From Chiloscyllium plagiosum (taxonomy: Eukaryota): a stretch of 62,467 nt of DNA. A program made the translations under genes and the position numbers. Below the pieces are notes generated by a model. The model was not told the origin of the DNA. It saw only the letters and a program-made list of their open reading frames with translations, and made no database searches. Position 1 is the first letter of the stretch. Each line of letters opens with the position of its first letter. Location: the NCBI RefSeq assembly GCF_004010195.1, contig NC_057756.1, positions 8,450,456-8,512,922 of the forward strand, given 5' to 3'. Positions 24,781 through 37,923 of this stretch are shown here, piece by piece.

Positions 24781-27294
24781 GTAAAGCTGCATCGAAATTA
24801 GAAAGAGGATTTCTTCATGGAAAAAGATATTCGCAAGTAGTTAAGATGCACTAAAATGCATTGTAGCTGCATGTTTGACTAAAACATTCAGGAGGCGTTT
24901 GGATGATTTTTGATACAAAAAGAAATGTGAGGATTTGAGTGAAGGACGAGATCATGACTCAGCAAAGAGTTCAGTTGAAGAGCTGGTGTAACCATGATTG
25001 GCCAAATAACACCCTTCTTTGCCATAAGGCGTCTGTGTCATTAAGTGTAGCGTCTTGAGAGTTCTCCAAATCCATAAATACACCGATTTTGTAACTTTGC
25101 TGATCCTGTATGATACATTCTAATCTCTGCAACCTCCATCAACCATTGTAGCCCTCCTTATCTCTGTTACTCATACAAGCCATATATACCTTATTTCCCT
25201 CGAATCTCCTCCAGTCCCGATAACCTTTTCTCTCTGTAAAATATTTCTCAAGTCTTTCCGGATCTCCCCTTCTCTGAAACTACTCTGATCCATAGAAACC
25301 TAATATTTGCAATCTCCTCCAGACCATACAACAATCAGCGTTACCAACCCCCTCCTGCCGTGACAGATCCCAGTATCTCCATAAACTCCAGCCGATAGAG
25401 TGTTCATTATGTCTCCAACTTTCTCCAGCATCGCCAACCCTGCCCAACTCTTTTTTTTACTCCAGTCCCGACAATTTTCCCTGTTGTGTAACCTACTCCA
25501 ATGCCTAACCAGCTGTGTAACATCCTCTAGTCCCGACCATGCTCCCGATTCTGTAACCATCTTCTGCCCTGACACAGATCACTGTCTCTCCCACCTCCAG
25601 ATTCTAAATCCATCCCGATCTGGAGAAACACCTCCAGCCCTCCCTCTCTCTGTAATATCTACAAGATGTTAAAACTGAAATAACTCCATAGAGGCTGGTA
25701 ACCTATTACCAAATCCATTTTTATTTCTATTTGCACGATACATGGCACTGACCCACGCTCGATCAGAGCCGGCTCCTAAAGTGAACAGAGCCCCTGATGC
25801 TTCTGCTTATTTCTGAGCCACGATTCCCTGATTGGAGCAGGTTAACAGTCCCAAATGGGAACTTGCATTTATGAGGTTTACCTGACTGACCCCATTCCAA
25901 TCACTATAAAAACCTTCCACGTATCTCTAACGTTCATTAACACCTACAAATCTTTTCGGCTCTGAAAACTCCTCCAGCTTCGCCAATGCTGTCTCCGTAA
26001 AATTCTCCAAGGAAATTCTCCTGTACCTTTCAGTAGATCCTCCTGTTATCAAGCTCCTGCAGGACCAATGCCAGCTTTTTTTTTCTGTTTTCTGCAAAAA
26101 CGCTCGACCTCAACGTCCTCCACCCAGAACGTCGCTTACTAATCTCTCACCGCTTCCAAAAACTCGATCGCCATTTGTGTGTGACCTTCTCTATAAGGAG
26201 GAAGGGGGTTTTGAAGCAGGGAGCTTCATAGGGCATGGGGACCTTTACACAAATAGGAATTTTTGTAGAAACTAGTGGGTTTACAGAAGTGAGAAGGGTC
26301 ATGGAACATGAAGGATGTTCCAGAGACTGGCAGTTTATAGGCACAGTGGACAGAATGTTTATTTCTGGTGCAGAGACACAGAGAGCTATATCATGTTATA
26401 AATTGTTCAGGTAACATTTTTAACAGGTTTCGGGGAGGTTTTCTCTCTACAAGGCTCTTGCAGCCAGAATATTGATCTGGCTGGTCCAGCTCCATTTTCA
26501 CTTCAACGAAAACCTAAAACTTTCCTTGTCTTTGTAATCTCTTTCCGCCTCTAGAACTACCCATATCCCTGTAATATCCCCCAGCCTTCACACACCTTCC
26601 TATCTCTGTAACCTCCTCTGGACCCTACAGCCATCCTGGGCTCTTCACTTGCTGCCATCCCTGAATTCCTTACGAATGTTTAAACAAGGCCAATGAAATG
26701 GTAGCTTCAAATAGTATGAACCAGCTCAGATGTAGCTGGAGTTATTGAGATGTGGCTGCAGTGTGACCATGAATGAGAACTGGATAATCAAAGGTTATCC
26801 CCATTTCTACATGAAGGACAAAAAGGTCAACACAGTGAAGTACACTGTGTAAAAAGGATGGGATCAGTATTATTGTGATGCTCATCAGTTTACACACTGC
26901 TCCTCCCTGCCCTCTCCCCTCATCCCTGCGTATTGATCCTGTCAGATATTGGTAACCTTTGAAAACTTCAGAAAATAGCACAGTATAGAGGAGATCACTG
27001 TCTGCATTGGACATGAAGTAACGTTTTGTAAAAGCCCTAGTTCTGTCTCCCGAAGACTACAGGCCTTCAGGTGCAGAACCAGGCACCTTTGTATAATGGT
27101 TTGAGAGTTTCTGCCTGTAATCTGCTTCCATGTGTGACTCCCAGATCCCTACCATTCTCTGAGAGAAATAGCAACTTGCTTCACCACTTCTCTGATATTT
27201 TAACCAATTATATTTATGCCTTTGTTCAATCTGGATGCAATAGTTTCAAGTTCCTTCTAACCGCTTGTCTGTCACTAAATAATTGCTCTTGAGG

Positions 27295-27330
<36 letters not shown>
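27295..27330. repeat. (GT)n(GA)n compound microsatellite
   Basis: Directly visible. Confidence 0.95.
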
Positions 27331-27332
<2 letters not shown>

Positions 27333-29174
27333 GGTCTGATTGATTGGGCTTTGCTTGTTCCTGTTTAACAGCTCGATGTACTGATCAGACCCCTCTTCTT
27401 CCTATGGAACAGGCAGGAGAATTGAATGGGCTGTCCCTCTTCTTGATCATTAGTTTCGATGGGCTGAATGTCTTCCACATATCCGTGTGTAACCAGCTTG
27501 AGATGCTGAATGAGCTCCTCTTTTAACTGTGCAAATGTGCAGTGTCTGGCCGTGTTGTTACATGAATGTTACTGACACTTTAACAGCCAACGCTGAATGC
27601 TATCAAGGTCTTGCTGCACATGGACACAGACTGGTTCAGGAGCTGAGGGGGAGCAAAATGTTCTGAACATTGTGTGATCTTCAGTCATCATCCCCACTTC
27701 AGATCTTATGATGGGGAAAGACATTGATGGAGTAGCCGAAGATGTTTGTGCTGAGGAGGCTAACCTGAGGATCTCCTGTGGAGATGTTCCAGAACTGAGA
27801 GGACTGTTGGCCACTGACCACAAGCATCTTTATTTGTGCTCTGAAAGACCCAGACCATTGGGAGGTTACACCTGATTCCCATTCAGCTCAAATAAGTAGG
27901 TGATCCTGATGCCATCCTCAGTCAAATACTGCCTTGACCTCAAAGCCATTCACCCTTTCCTGAGCCCCTGTGTTCACCGCTTGTTCATATCAATAGGTGA
28001 CGGTGTATGTGTAGGAAGTGTTTTCCTCAGAGGGGAATTGCTGTCAGGAATTATCTGGGCTAGAGAGTTGTGGGGGCTACATCACTGAAAGTATTTACGG
28101 AGGAGGTAAATGAATTTTGAACAGTCAGAGAGCTAAGGGGTGCGAAGAATTGGGCATTACCGAGGAGTGAATGTCAACAGTAAATCAGCCATAATGGTAT
28201 ACAATTGTTTGACGGTGCGAACTACCTGATCCTGTTATTTTTTGTTCTCATATTCTGTAATTACAAAGTTAATGGTTGTATTTTTCCGGGAAGTTATGTT
28301 ATTGAACTTTGTAATCAGAGAGAGAAATGTATTTTGTAAGTAATCTCTGGGTGAAGGATGGGGTCTGTATTCAAAGTGAATCTGGGACTATAATATGACC
28401 AACAAATGAAGCACAAGTTGCAGAGAGGAGACACTCTGTAAAGGGACAGGAGGTGTATTTCGAACCCAGCCTGGATTTCCATATAACATTTTCCAACCCA
28501 CACCAAACCATGTGAGACAGTCTGGAGGGACTGAATGAGATCCTGTGTTACTGTGGACCAGATATTTGGAGCGAGTGGCCTCCATCTGTTCCTTGCATGA
28601 GCTGTGAGGGGTTGAGTGGAACATAGGAACATAGCACTGAGCAGCAGGAGTGGACCATTAGACACTTTGTCACCGCCTCACCACGCACAAAGATCATGGA
28701 TGATGTTATTGAGGTCTCAGCAGCACCTTTCCGTCTGTATACCGTCTGTATACCATTTTACTACATTCACTTGTCTGTCAAATGTCAAGAAAAACAAATT
28801 TGAATAAATTCAAATATCCAGGGCCAATAAACTTCTGGGGAAGGGAATTCTCACTTGAACAGCCCTTTGAGAATTACCAATTTGTGTTCCAGCCAATGTT
28901 GGAAGGTCACTGTTTCTTTTTCCAGTCCCACTTCTCCACTGGTTACACCAGTCTTAAATGCAACCAATTTTGTGATGTGACCAATGATATAGGTCTCAGA
29001 GTAGGTCATTTTCAAGGAAAATGTGAGACACAGAAAGTTGAACTCATAACAAATGGTAAAATGATAGTCTCTCAAACGTTATTCTGCCTTTGATGTTATT
29101 CTGCTCGCATAAGCTTCTGATAGTGGGATTTCTTACTGGAACAGTTGGATTTGGCTGAATGTCCTTTGTTTCAG

Positions 29175-29237
29175 GCAGTGGAGAGATTCCAATGAATCCT
29201 CACCAGGAATCCTTCACAAGTGGTAAAGATAACTCAG
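29175..29237 (+). CDS. Candidate 63-nt exon xSGEIPMNPHQESFTSGKDNS
   Basis: gtcctttgtttcag|GCAGTG...AACTCAG|gtactt; only the phase 1->1 frame is open and it is compatible with 32395-32411. It overlaps an alternative decayed-TM reading starting at 29114. Confidence 0.35.
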
Positions 29238-29443
29238 GTACTTTATGTTATCACACTTTGCTATCGGGTGGAACAAAGTAAGAGAGAGGGATCAATCAGC
29301 TGCTGCTTCTCAGGCAGGGAACATTTTTCTCCCTCTCTGTGTTGGAACATACAATAATGTCAACTGAACACCAAACTGGGCCATGTGTGCTCTCTGGAGC
29401 AATCACTGAAAAACCTGATTATGGATTATATGCAGGGGCATCA

Positions 29444-29875
29444 TGGTCTGGGAATCAGAATTTATGTAGCTAGGGGAATAATTAGCAAGCGGGATCTCAG
29501 ATTTAGAAATCCCTGGAATACGCCCAGTGCCATGTACAAGTGAGAACAGAACTCGGAGTTTTAGACAGATGAGAGTTTGACTGGAACGATGATGCAGCAG
29601 GAAGGGCTTCAGATTCCTGGGACATTGGGGCTGGTTCTGGGGAAGGCAGCAACTGTACAAGCTGGATGGGCTAACGTGACAGAGCTGGGACTGAATTTCT
29701 CACAGGGTTTTTTAGAGACGGATTGAAAATAACCTGGTGTGTGCTCAGGATCCAAAAAGGAATAGTAGAGGAGACTACCAGGACTCTCAAAATAATGGGA
29801 GATACAGTTGGTACTAAGTTACAAGAACACGTTTATCAGTGGAAGATGGAGTAAGAAAGTAAGCCTTAATCTGAG
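29444..29875 (+). repeat. Near-identical copy of 23319-23750
   Basis: About 430 bp with only a handful of differences; ORFs 23275-23535 and 29403-29660 share most of their sequence. Confidence 0.95.
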
Positions 29876-30614
29876 AATTATATCATTTTATTTTAGTTTA
29901 GGGGATCAAAACTGGACATAGTGCGTCAGGTTTGGACTCAGCAATGCCCTGTACAGGTGCACTAAAACATTCCTGCCATTAAACCGATACCTTTTGCCAA
30001 AAACCGCATCATTCCACTTACCTTCGAAATCACTTGCTGCATCTGCAGATGGACTTCATATGATTCCTGTCACAAGAACATGGAAACCGCCTGTATCACA
30101 GAGTTCTGCAATCTCTCTGCACTTAAACCGATTTATCTTTCATGCCAAAAATAGACATCTTACCTTATGTTATTTCTGCTGAAGCTTAGCTCACTCACCT
30201 TCCCTGTCTATGACTTTGCAGACTCACAACGTCCATTTGACGAGACATTGAATGACCATCCAATTGAGCTCCAAGCCATTCCCTCCCCTTCTTCCAGATC
30301 ATTGAAAAAGATTATTGATCACTGATAACCTCTCAGTGTTCTCTGAGGCACTCCATCAGTTATATCTTTGCTACTTGAAAATAAACATTTGTCTCTACTC
30401 TCTATTTCCTGTTACCGGCAGCTTCCCTGTTCCTGTGTAGCCGTTCAGATGGGTTGAATGTCCTCCTCCTGGGCTGTGTAATGTACTCAACGAGCTGAAT
30501 TATTTCATTCTATATTCCTGTGTAATTCCTTAGGGGGCAGAATGGTCTCCTCCTGTCTCATTGTAATGATCTTGTCTGTCTAAATGGGGTGGTCCCCTAC
30601 CATGTAACTGCCTC

Positions 30615-30890
30615 AAGGGGTGGATTGAGGGAACAACACATTGGGGGAGGGACAGCAGTATATCTCCGTACCAGCATTGAGGGGTGGATTGAGGGAACAA
30701 CACATTGGGGTAGGGACAGCAGTATATTTCTGTCACAACATCGAGGGGTGGATTGAGGGAACAACACATTGGGGTAGGGACAGCTTTATATCTGTAACAA
30801 CATCGAGGGGTGGATTGAGGGAACAACACACGGGATAGGGGCAGCAGTATATCTCTGTAACAGCCTCGAGGGTGGATTGAGGGAACAACA
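30615..30890. repeat. Minisatellite, ~63-bp unit, about 4.5 copies
   Basis: gaggggtggattgagggaacaacacattggggtagggacagcagtatat... repeated. Confidence 0.9.
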
Positions 30891-32394
30891 TGCGTCGTAG
30901 GGTCAGCATTGGCCATTTGCCGGCACCGTTCAGAATGCTCATGGCTGATCCGTGTGTGTCTGTCCATCTGTCTCCCGTCTGTTTCCAATAACATTGATTC
31001 TCCAGTCCAGCAAAGACCGTCAAGCTCAGCCTTGGATATCTTCAATAACTGAGTCTTCACTGCTCCCTGAGGACGAGGACACTAAAGGTAGCACAACGCT
31101 AAAGGGAAAGGGGCGTCCTTCTTTCTTTCTGGGACCTGTTATTTTGAAACTGAACATCAAATCACTACCTCTTTTCAGACATAAGGACAGAATAATTAGG
31201 AATAAACGTAAACCATTCCGGACTCCAAACCTGTTCCACATTGCCACTGACCCTTTCAAATCAAATATGTATCCAACCCAGCATCTGCTGCTGTCTCAGG
31301 AAGAGAATACCTGATAGCATAACATCACATGAGTATGAAAAAAGGAGCAGATTGAGGTAATTCGGCCTATCGAGTCCTATAAGCCGTTCAATAATTTCCT
31401 ATATGTTCCTCAACCGCATTCTCCTTGCATTTCCCGGAGAATCCTTGATCCCCTTATAAATCAGTCTTATCTATTTGTATCTTAACGACACTAGTGTCTG
31501 TGCCTCTGTGTGTCTGTAGGTGTGTGTGTCCATCTTCTTGTCATCTGTGTATTTATGTTTCTTTGTCTTCCTTTCTGTGTATTAGCCGGTGTGTTTCTAT
31601 TTGTGTTTGTGTCTATTTGTGTGTGACTCTATATATCTCTGTGTGTTTCTACGTGTGTGTATGCCTATCCGCTTGTATGTATTGTGTTTGTTCGTATATT
31701 GGGGTGTTTACTAATAATTCTGTGTCTGCAAATCTGTGTAATGAGTTATCGTTTTTTTTGGGGGGAAGGGGGAGTGAAAGGACTGTCGTTGGAACTTCCA
31801 GTGGGTTTAAAGTGAGAATTGTCTTTCACTGAGCACTGGTCCTTGATCGGTCAGTGGGACATGGATGCTTCAGACACTCCACACGAGACATCACAGTTCG
31901 CTCCATCTCGTACTAGGGTCCTCCCCACATGGTGGGGGTAGGCGGGTGAGAGAATGGATATTGGGCACTCCACCATCCGGCTTGGCCGTTTCTGTCCTAT
32001 TCCAGGCTGTTTCTCTTGGAATGGGAAAAAGGGAGGGAGTTAGTGAGGGCAGGAATGGTTGGCCCTGTTTTTAGTGCTGGTGGAGGTGGGAGTGGGGGGA
32101 ATTGTGATGTGTCTGGAACGAGTCAGTCGACAGTCTTGAATCCATGTAGTATTATTAGTGTGGGGGGCATTGAGTAGGTGCCAGAGGAAGTGTGGGAAGG
32201 GAGTGGTTGAATTCAATAGTAAGAGTGGTAGTGCCAGACCCTTATTTAGAGATAGAGCATGAGGATTGTCTGGGGGTAGGTGCTATAATAGATATACATT
32301 GAGTGTAAGGGAGCAGAGAGAATACAGTGACCTTTATCCTGACACAGTGGGGAGGATATTGATGCTTGTCCTGTATTGATGGACATTACTTCAG

Positions 32395-32411
32395 ATCATC
32401 TCAGTGTCGAG
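32395..32411 (+). CDS. Candidate 17-nt cytoplasmic mini-exon (D)HLSVE upstream of the ITIM exon
   Basis: ttacttcag|ATCATCTCAGTGTCGAG|gtgaga; phase 1->0 fits the phase-0 ITIM exon, but a 500-N gap lies between them. Confidence 0.4.
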
Positions 32412-32979
32412 GTGAGACTCCCTGAATGTCTTGTGCACGTCTATCACTAATAATGACACAGAGCTGTCCGTTAGATTCCACAGAATCAGTTTAGGTAGAG
32501 CTTACAGATAGCAAGGAAAGGCAAATATTGTTGTGTTATATATCGAAACCAAAGTGGTTGCAGAAAATCTGAGCATCACAAGCTCTGGAAATTAGATATG
32601 CAAGTATCATGGATACTGCAGTTTTATTGGTTGATCTCAAGTTGCATCTAAACTGCATTAACTAAGTGACTGCTCACGCTGTGAGAAATAAATTCTGTAA
32701 GTGTTTCTGAGGTGGGTTGAAGAGTATTAGGTGAAGTAAAATAGAGAGCAGGTTATTTTGGATTTAGTGTTGAGTGATAAGAAGGATGAATTAATAACCT
32801 TGCTCTGAAGCAGCTTTTAAGGAATAGTGACATTAATAAGTTGCATTTTACACGGTGGCTGCATACAATATAGAATGCTTGAACATTCTGGTCAAATACC
32901 ATGGTAGCCTGGAGGGTCCAGTTCTCTCCAGTAAATTGGGAAAGTACAATATAACATTCAGTGGAATGCCACCAATGGT

Positions 32980-34650
32980 TGTTAGAGTCATAGAGTCCGA
33001 CAGCATGGTTACAGGCCCTTCAGCCCAAACTCGTCCATTCCGATCAAAATGTCCACCAACGCTAACCCCAATTCCCTGCCTTTGCCCTGTACATTTCTAA
33101 TTCTTTCCTGTCCTTGCATTTGTCCAAATGCATTTTTACATGTTGCGAATGTTCCCCCCTCAACCTCTTCCGCTGGCATATCATTCGATTTGTGTATCAC
33201 CCCTGTGTGAAAAGCAGTTGCTCCTCAGGTTCCCTCTTATTGTTTCCCCTCTGACCTTAAACTGATGCCCTCTAGTCCGAAATTGCCCAACCCCTGGGAA
33301 AAAAATGTGAGTGCATTCACTCTGTCCATCCCTCCCATGATCATATACACTTCTGTCAGATTCCCCCTCAGCCTCATACATCTTAAGTAAAAATTCCTAA
33401 CTTGCCCAACCTCTCCCTATAACGCAGACCATTGAGTCCTTTGCTACATCCTTGTAAGTTTCTTCTGCACTCTTTCCAATTTAATAACATCCTTCCTATA
33501 GCAAAGTGAACAAAACTGAACATAACGCTTCCAGTATGGCCTCACCAGCATCCTGTATAACTGCAACGTAACTCCCTAATTTCGATACTCAGTAATATAC
33601 ACTGATGAATGCCAGTGTGCCGAAAGCTTTCTTCACAGTCCCGTCTACCTCTAAATCAACTTTCAGAGAACCATACACCTGAATTCCAAGGTCCCTCTGT
33701 TCCACTACACTCCTTAGGAATCATGAAACTCCAACCTTGATTTGACTTTCTAAAATGCAAGAACTTACATTGATCGATATTAAAATCCATTTTCAATTTC
33801 TCAGCCACTTCTCCAGCTGATCAAGATACTGCTGTATTTTCTGAAAAAAACTGATAACCTTCCTCAGTCTCCATAATGCTGTTTATTTTCGTGTTATCTT
33901 CAAACTTACAAATCATGCCTGTACATTCTCATCTAAATCATAGATATATGTAATATGTAGTGGTCCCAGCACCAACTCATGAGGCATTCCACTAGTCAGA
34001 GGCCTCCAGTCTGACAAGCATCCTTCCACTATTACCCTCTGCTTCCTCCCATCAAGACAATTTTGTATCTAATTTGGCAGCTCCTCCTCAATTTCCTGCG
34101 ATCTAACCTTCCAGAGCAGCGTACCATGTGGAACCTTATTGAAGGCCTTACTGGAATCTATATAGACTACGTATACTACCCTGCCCTCCTCAACGTTGCT
34201 GGTCACATCATCAAAGAATTCAAACAAATTTGTGAACCATGATCTCCCAGGCACAACACCGTGCTGAGTTTGATGATGGGCTTTTACCTGGAACATTGAT
34301 TTTCCTGTTCCTCGGATGCTGCTTGATCTGCTGTGCTTTTCTAGCACCACTCTAATCTTACTCCTAATCACACCCTGTCTTTCCAAATGCATGTATATCT
34401 TATCTCTCAGAACCTCTTCCAGTAAGTTACCTACTACAGATTTTAGGTTTACTGGTCTATAGTTGCCAGGTTTACCTTTGTCGCCCTTCTTGAGTAAGGG
34501 CACAGTATTAGCTACCCTCCAGTCCACCGAGACCTTACCCATTGGTCAGACATGATGCAAAAATATCAGCCAGGGCTCTCGCACTTCCTTTTCTGTCCTC
34601 CTGCAGTGTTCCTGAATATATCTGGTCAGGACCAGGAGATTTGTAGAAAT
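32980..34650 (-). mobile_element. CR1 LINE (RT to 3' end) with a Penelope-terminus insertion at about 34270-34360
   Basis: DWRVANTVPLLKKGDKGKPGNYRPVNL; VVYIDSSKAFNKVPHG; the insert interrupts the QHG motif region. Confidence 0.92.
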
Positions 34651-34699
34651 ACAAAGTCTGAAAAATACGTCTATTTATTTAAAGTACAAATACCAAAGA

Positions 34700-37423
34700 A
34701 AGGGAAAGTGACACAATGATTTTTAACATAACAAATTCGAAAATGTATTAATCATAGCAAGTGGCTTCAGAAGAATTTATTTCATTGTGGAAACCTGAGA
34801 ATTTTCAGAAATTCCCGATCCAGAAACGAGGGCCATGAAACTGATACGGAAATCAGGAAGAGAACATGAATGCTAACAAACAGGAACAAAAACACTGCAT
34901 AAATCTACAATCTGTATTTCAAAGGAAACAAAATAAAAGCAAGGTCAAATATGGAAATTTGTAATCGGGAGAGGAGAGCTTATTGTGAAACACAGGGAAA
35001 TGGTCAAGAAAATAATCAGTTACTATGCATCTGCCTTCATGGAGGAAGATCCACAAAGTCACCTAGTAATACCAAGTGATCATGTATGGATTGTTCAACT
35101 AAAGACATAAAGTCAATTTATATCAGTAACAAGGTAGCATTTGAAAGTGTAACTGGATGGAGCATTGCTAAGTCTGACAAACCTGATGAACTTCATATTA
35201 AAATGTCAGACATAAACCACCAATAGAAGTATTGATTGCACTGTCGATGACTGCGTTTTATTTTCCTGTGCATTCGGCAGAGGCTGGAAGCCATAGCGGA
35301 TAAATGGAAGTTAGTGAACGTGGTCCAAGTACTTTAGATTAATGGAAGGGATCCAAGCGTCTAGAAAGGGAAGAAGACATAGTTTGGAGAACTTCCGACC
35401 AATTAACTTGACATCTGCAGGGAAACTGTTAGAATCTATTATGCAGCATGTGATATTGAATATTTAGAAATTAATAGGATCAATGGAGAGAATCCACATG
35501 TATTTCTGCCAGATGTCTAACTCGATGTGCTATTAGTTGTTAGACACCATCTACCACCCCCTGAGAAAAAGAACAGAAAGTTACTTCACCACAGGAAATA
35601 ACATCACCACAGGAAATGACATCATCAACCCAAACATATAAAAAGAAAGCAGGAATTTGTAGCTTCGCTTCGCCTGAGGTCCACTGTAGTTGTTACCTAG
35701 TAAGGTAACGGGAAATGAACCTTCCAGCTCAGCGAGCAAACCTGCATCCATTGTGTACAGATTTGGTGACCGAAACTCAGAAAGAATATACCGACCACAG
35801 AGGAAGTGCAATGAACATTCTCCAGATTAATCCCTCAGATGGTGAGATTGCCTTATGAGGAAACTCGGCCTGTGTTCTCCAGAGTTTCAAAGAATGAGAG
35901 GTGGGTCACAGTGAAATTTAGAAAATTCACAAAACATATGACAAGTTGGAAATTAACAGAACGCTTCCCTCGCTGTCTATTCCACATTCAAGGCAAATAA
36001 TGACAAGATAAGGAATTGGCCACTTAAGAACGTAATTTTGAGGAAATTCATCACTCGGTGAGAACTGCCTAAAACAGGGTCATAGAAACCTGCTGGCAGG
36101 ATAAGATTAGGGATAATCCCCAGACATTCTGCAAGTGTGTCAAGCAGAAATGAATAACAAGGGAACAGGTGGAGTCATTAGTGACTTGTCAAGTTGCATC
36201 CAAATCAACTTAATGTTTGGAGACAGAGGGTAATGGTTGAAGGCTGTTAGTGTGACTGGAAACCGGTGTCCAATGGTGTATCACAGGGATCAGTGTTGTG
36301 TCCCTTATTATTTGTGATTCGGAGGTGCTGGTGTTGCACTGGGGTGGACAAACCTAAAAATCACATAACACCAGGTTATAGTCCAGCAGGTTTATTCAGA
36401 GGCACGAGCTTTCAAAGCACACAACCACCTAATGAATAAGCAGTGCTTCGAAGTTAGTGCCTCCGAATAAACCTGTTAGACTATAACCTGGTGTTGTGTG
36501 ATCATTAACCTTATTATTTGTGGTAATCATAAATGATACAACTGTAAACATAGACGGGGGTGATGGGAGTGTGACAACTAAGTTTGTGTTTGATACAAAA
36601 ATTGGTCGGGTGGTTGGCAGTGAGGAGGAAGGCCTTATGTTACAGGAAGATACAGATGGAAGGTCAGATGGGCAGAGCAATGGCAGATGTAATGTCACCC
36701 TGATACACTTTGGATGAAGGAACTGGACAGGGAGTACTCAATGAATGGCAGCACACGAGGAAGCTCAGAGGGTGTTTCTCCAAACTTCCCTGAATGTGAC
36801 TAAATAGGTTAATACACAATTTGAGAAAGCATAGGGTACCGTAAACATAATCTTTATTCATCAATGCATCGATTATAAGAGCTATGCGGAACTTTGGTTT
36901 GGCCAAGATTGAATACTGTGTGTAGTTCTGGGAACCACATTACAGGAAGGATCTGATTGTAGTGTGTGCAGGCTGGGGTGGTGGTGGGGGGGGGGGGGGA
37001 GCTCAGAGGAGATTCACCAGGATGTTCCCTGGGATGGAGTATATCAGCTATAGAGAGAGGCTGGATAAGCTCGGGTTGTTTAGTTTGGAGCAGAGAGGCT
37101 GTGGGGGATGTGATTCAGAAGGATAGGATTCTGAGAGACATGGACATGGTGGACAGACAACACCTGTTCCTTTTAGTCAAAGGGCCAAGAACAATGGAGC
37201 ACATTTTAAAGTGAAGGGTTTGAGATTTGGAGGGAATTCAGGATTGATTTTCACCCAGAGGGTGTTGGGGTCAGGAATACACTTCCTGAGAAAGGAGTTG
37301 CCATGGTAACTTCACAACCATGAGAAAATACACGGCTGTGCACGTGAAATGCCATAAGATTCACGGCAACGGGTCTTGTGTCGGAAAATGGGACTAATGT
37401 AGACTGTGCTGTATTTCTGATGG
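34700..37423 (+). mobile_element. Nested decayed CR1 fragments, with a Penelope-like terminus (35540-35750) and a palindromic element (36325-36510)
   Basis: YASAFMEED-like, RPINLTS-like, GVSQGSVL and TKFVFDTKIG pieces; aacaccaggttatagtc...gactataacctggtgtt inverted repeat. Confidence 0.8.
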
Positions 37424-37923
37424 NNNNNNNNNNNNNNNNNNNNNNNNNNNNNNNNNNNNNNNNNNNNNNNNNNNNNNNNNNNNNNNNNNNNNNNNNNNNN
37501 NNNNNNNNNNNNNNNNNNNNNNNNNNNNNNNNNNNNNNNNNNNNNNNNNNNNNNNNNNNNNNNNNNNNNNNNNNNNNNNNNNNNNNNNNNNNNNNNNNNN
37601 NNNNNNNNNNNNNNNNNNNNNNNNNNNNNNNNNNNNNNNNNNNNNNNNNNNNNNNNNNNNNNNNNNNNNNNNNNNNNNNNNNNNNNNNNNNNNNNNNNNN
37701 NNNNNNNNNNNNNNNNNNNNNNNNNNNNNNNNNNNNNNNNNNNNNNNNNNNNNNNNNNNNNNNNNNNNNNNNNNNNNNNNNNNNNNNNNNNNNNNNNNNN
37801 NNNNNNNNNNNNNNNNNNNNNNNNNNNNNNNNNNNNNNNNNNNNNNNNNNNNNNNNNNNNNNNNNNNNNNNNNNNNNNNNNNNNNNNNNNNNNNNNNNNN
37901 NNNNNNNNNNNNNNNNNNNNNNN

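Larger units (their letters stand above)
18563..31260 (+). pseudogene. Possible decayed class I cytokine receptor-like gene (IL2RG/CRLF2/IL13RA-type layout)
   Basis: Collinear pieces: leader-like METGVFQISVVLSAILL (18563); exon 18682-18800 with GCFIHHLIECNWS ending phase 2 at gtaaga; 22243 onward C..C segment with a frameshift; 26946-27090 LHWT..FCL..LQVQN with stops; 28450-28610 CGPDIWSEWPPSV with one stop; IPDSK at 31215-31229. Confidence 0.4.

Noticed and set aside
31494..31832. Cys/Val-rich hydrophobic ORF as a TM candidate
   Set aside because: Translation of a degenerate TG-rich low-complexity tract.
34809..34875. ttttcag followed by IPDP, a possible Box1 exon
   Set aside because: Lies in decayed CR1 ORF2 linker sequence just ahead of the YASAFMEED-like motif.
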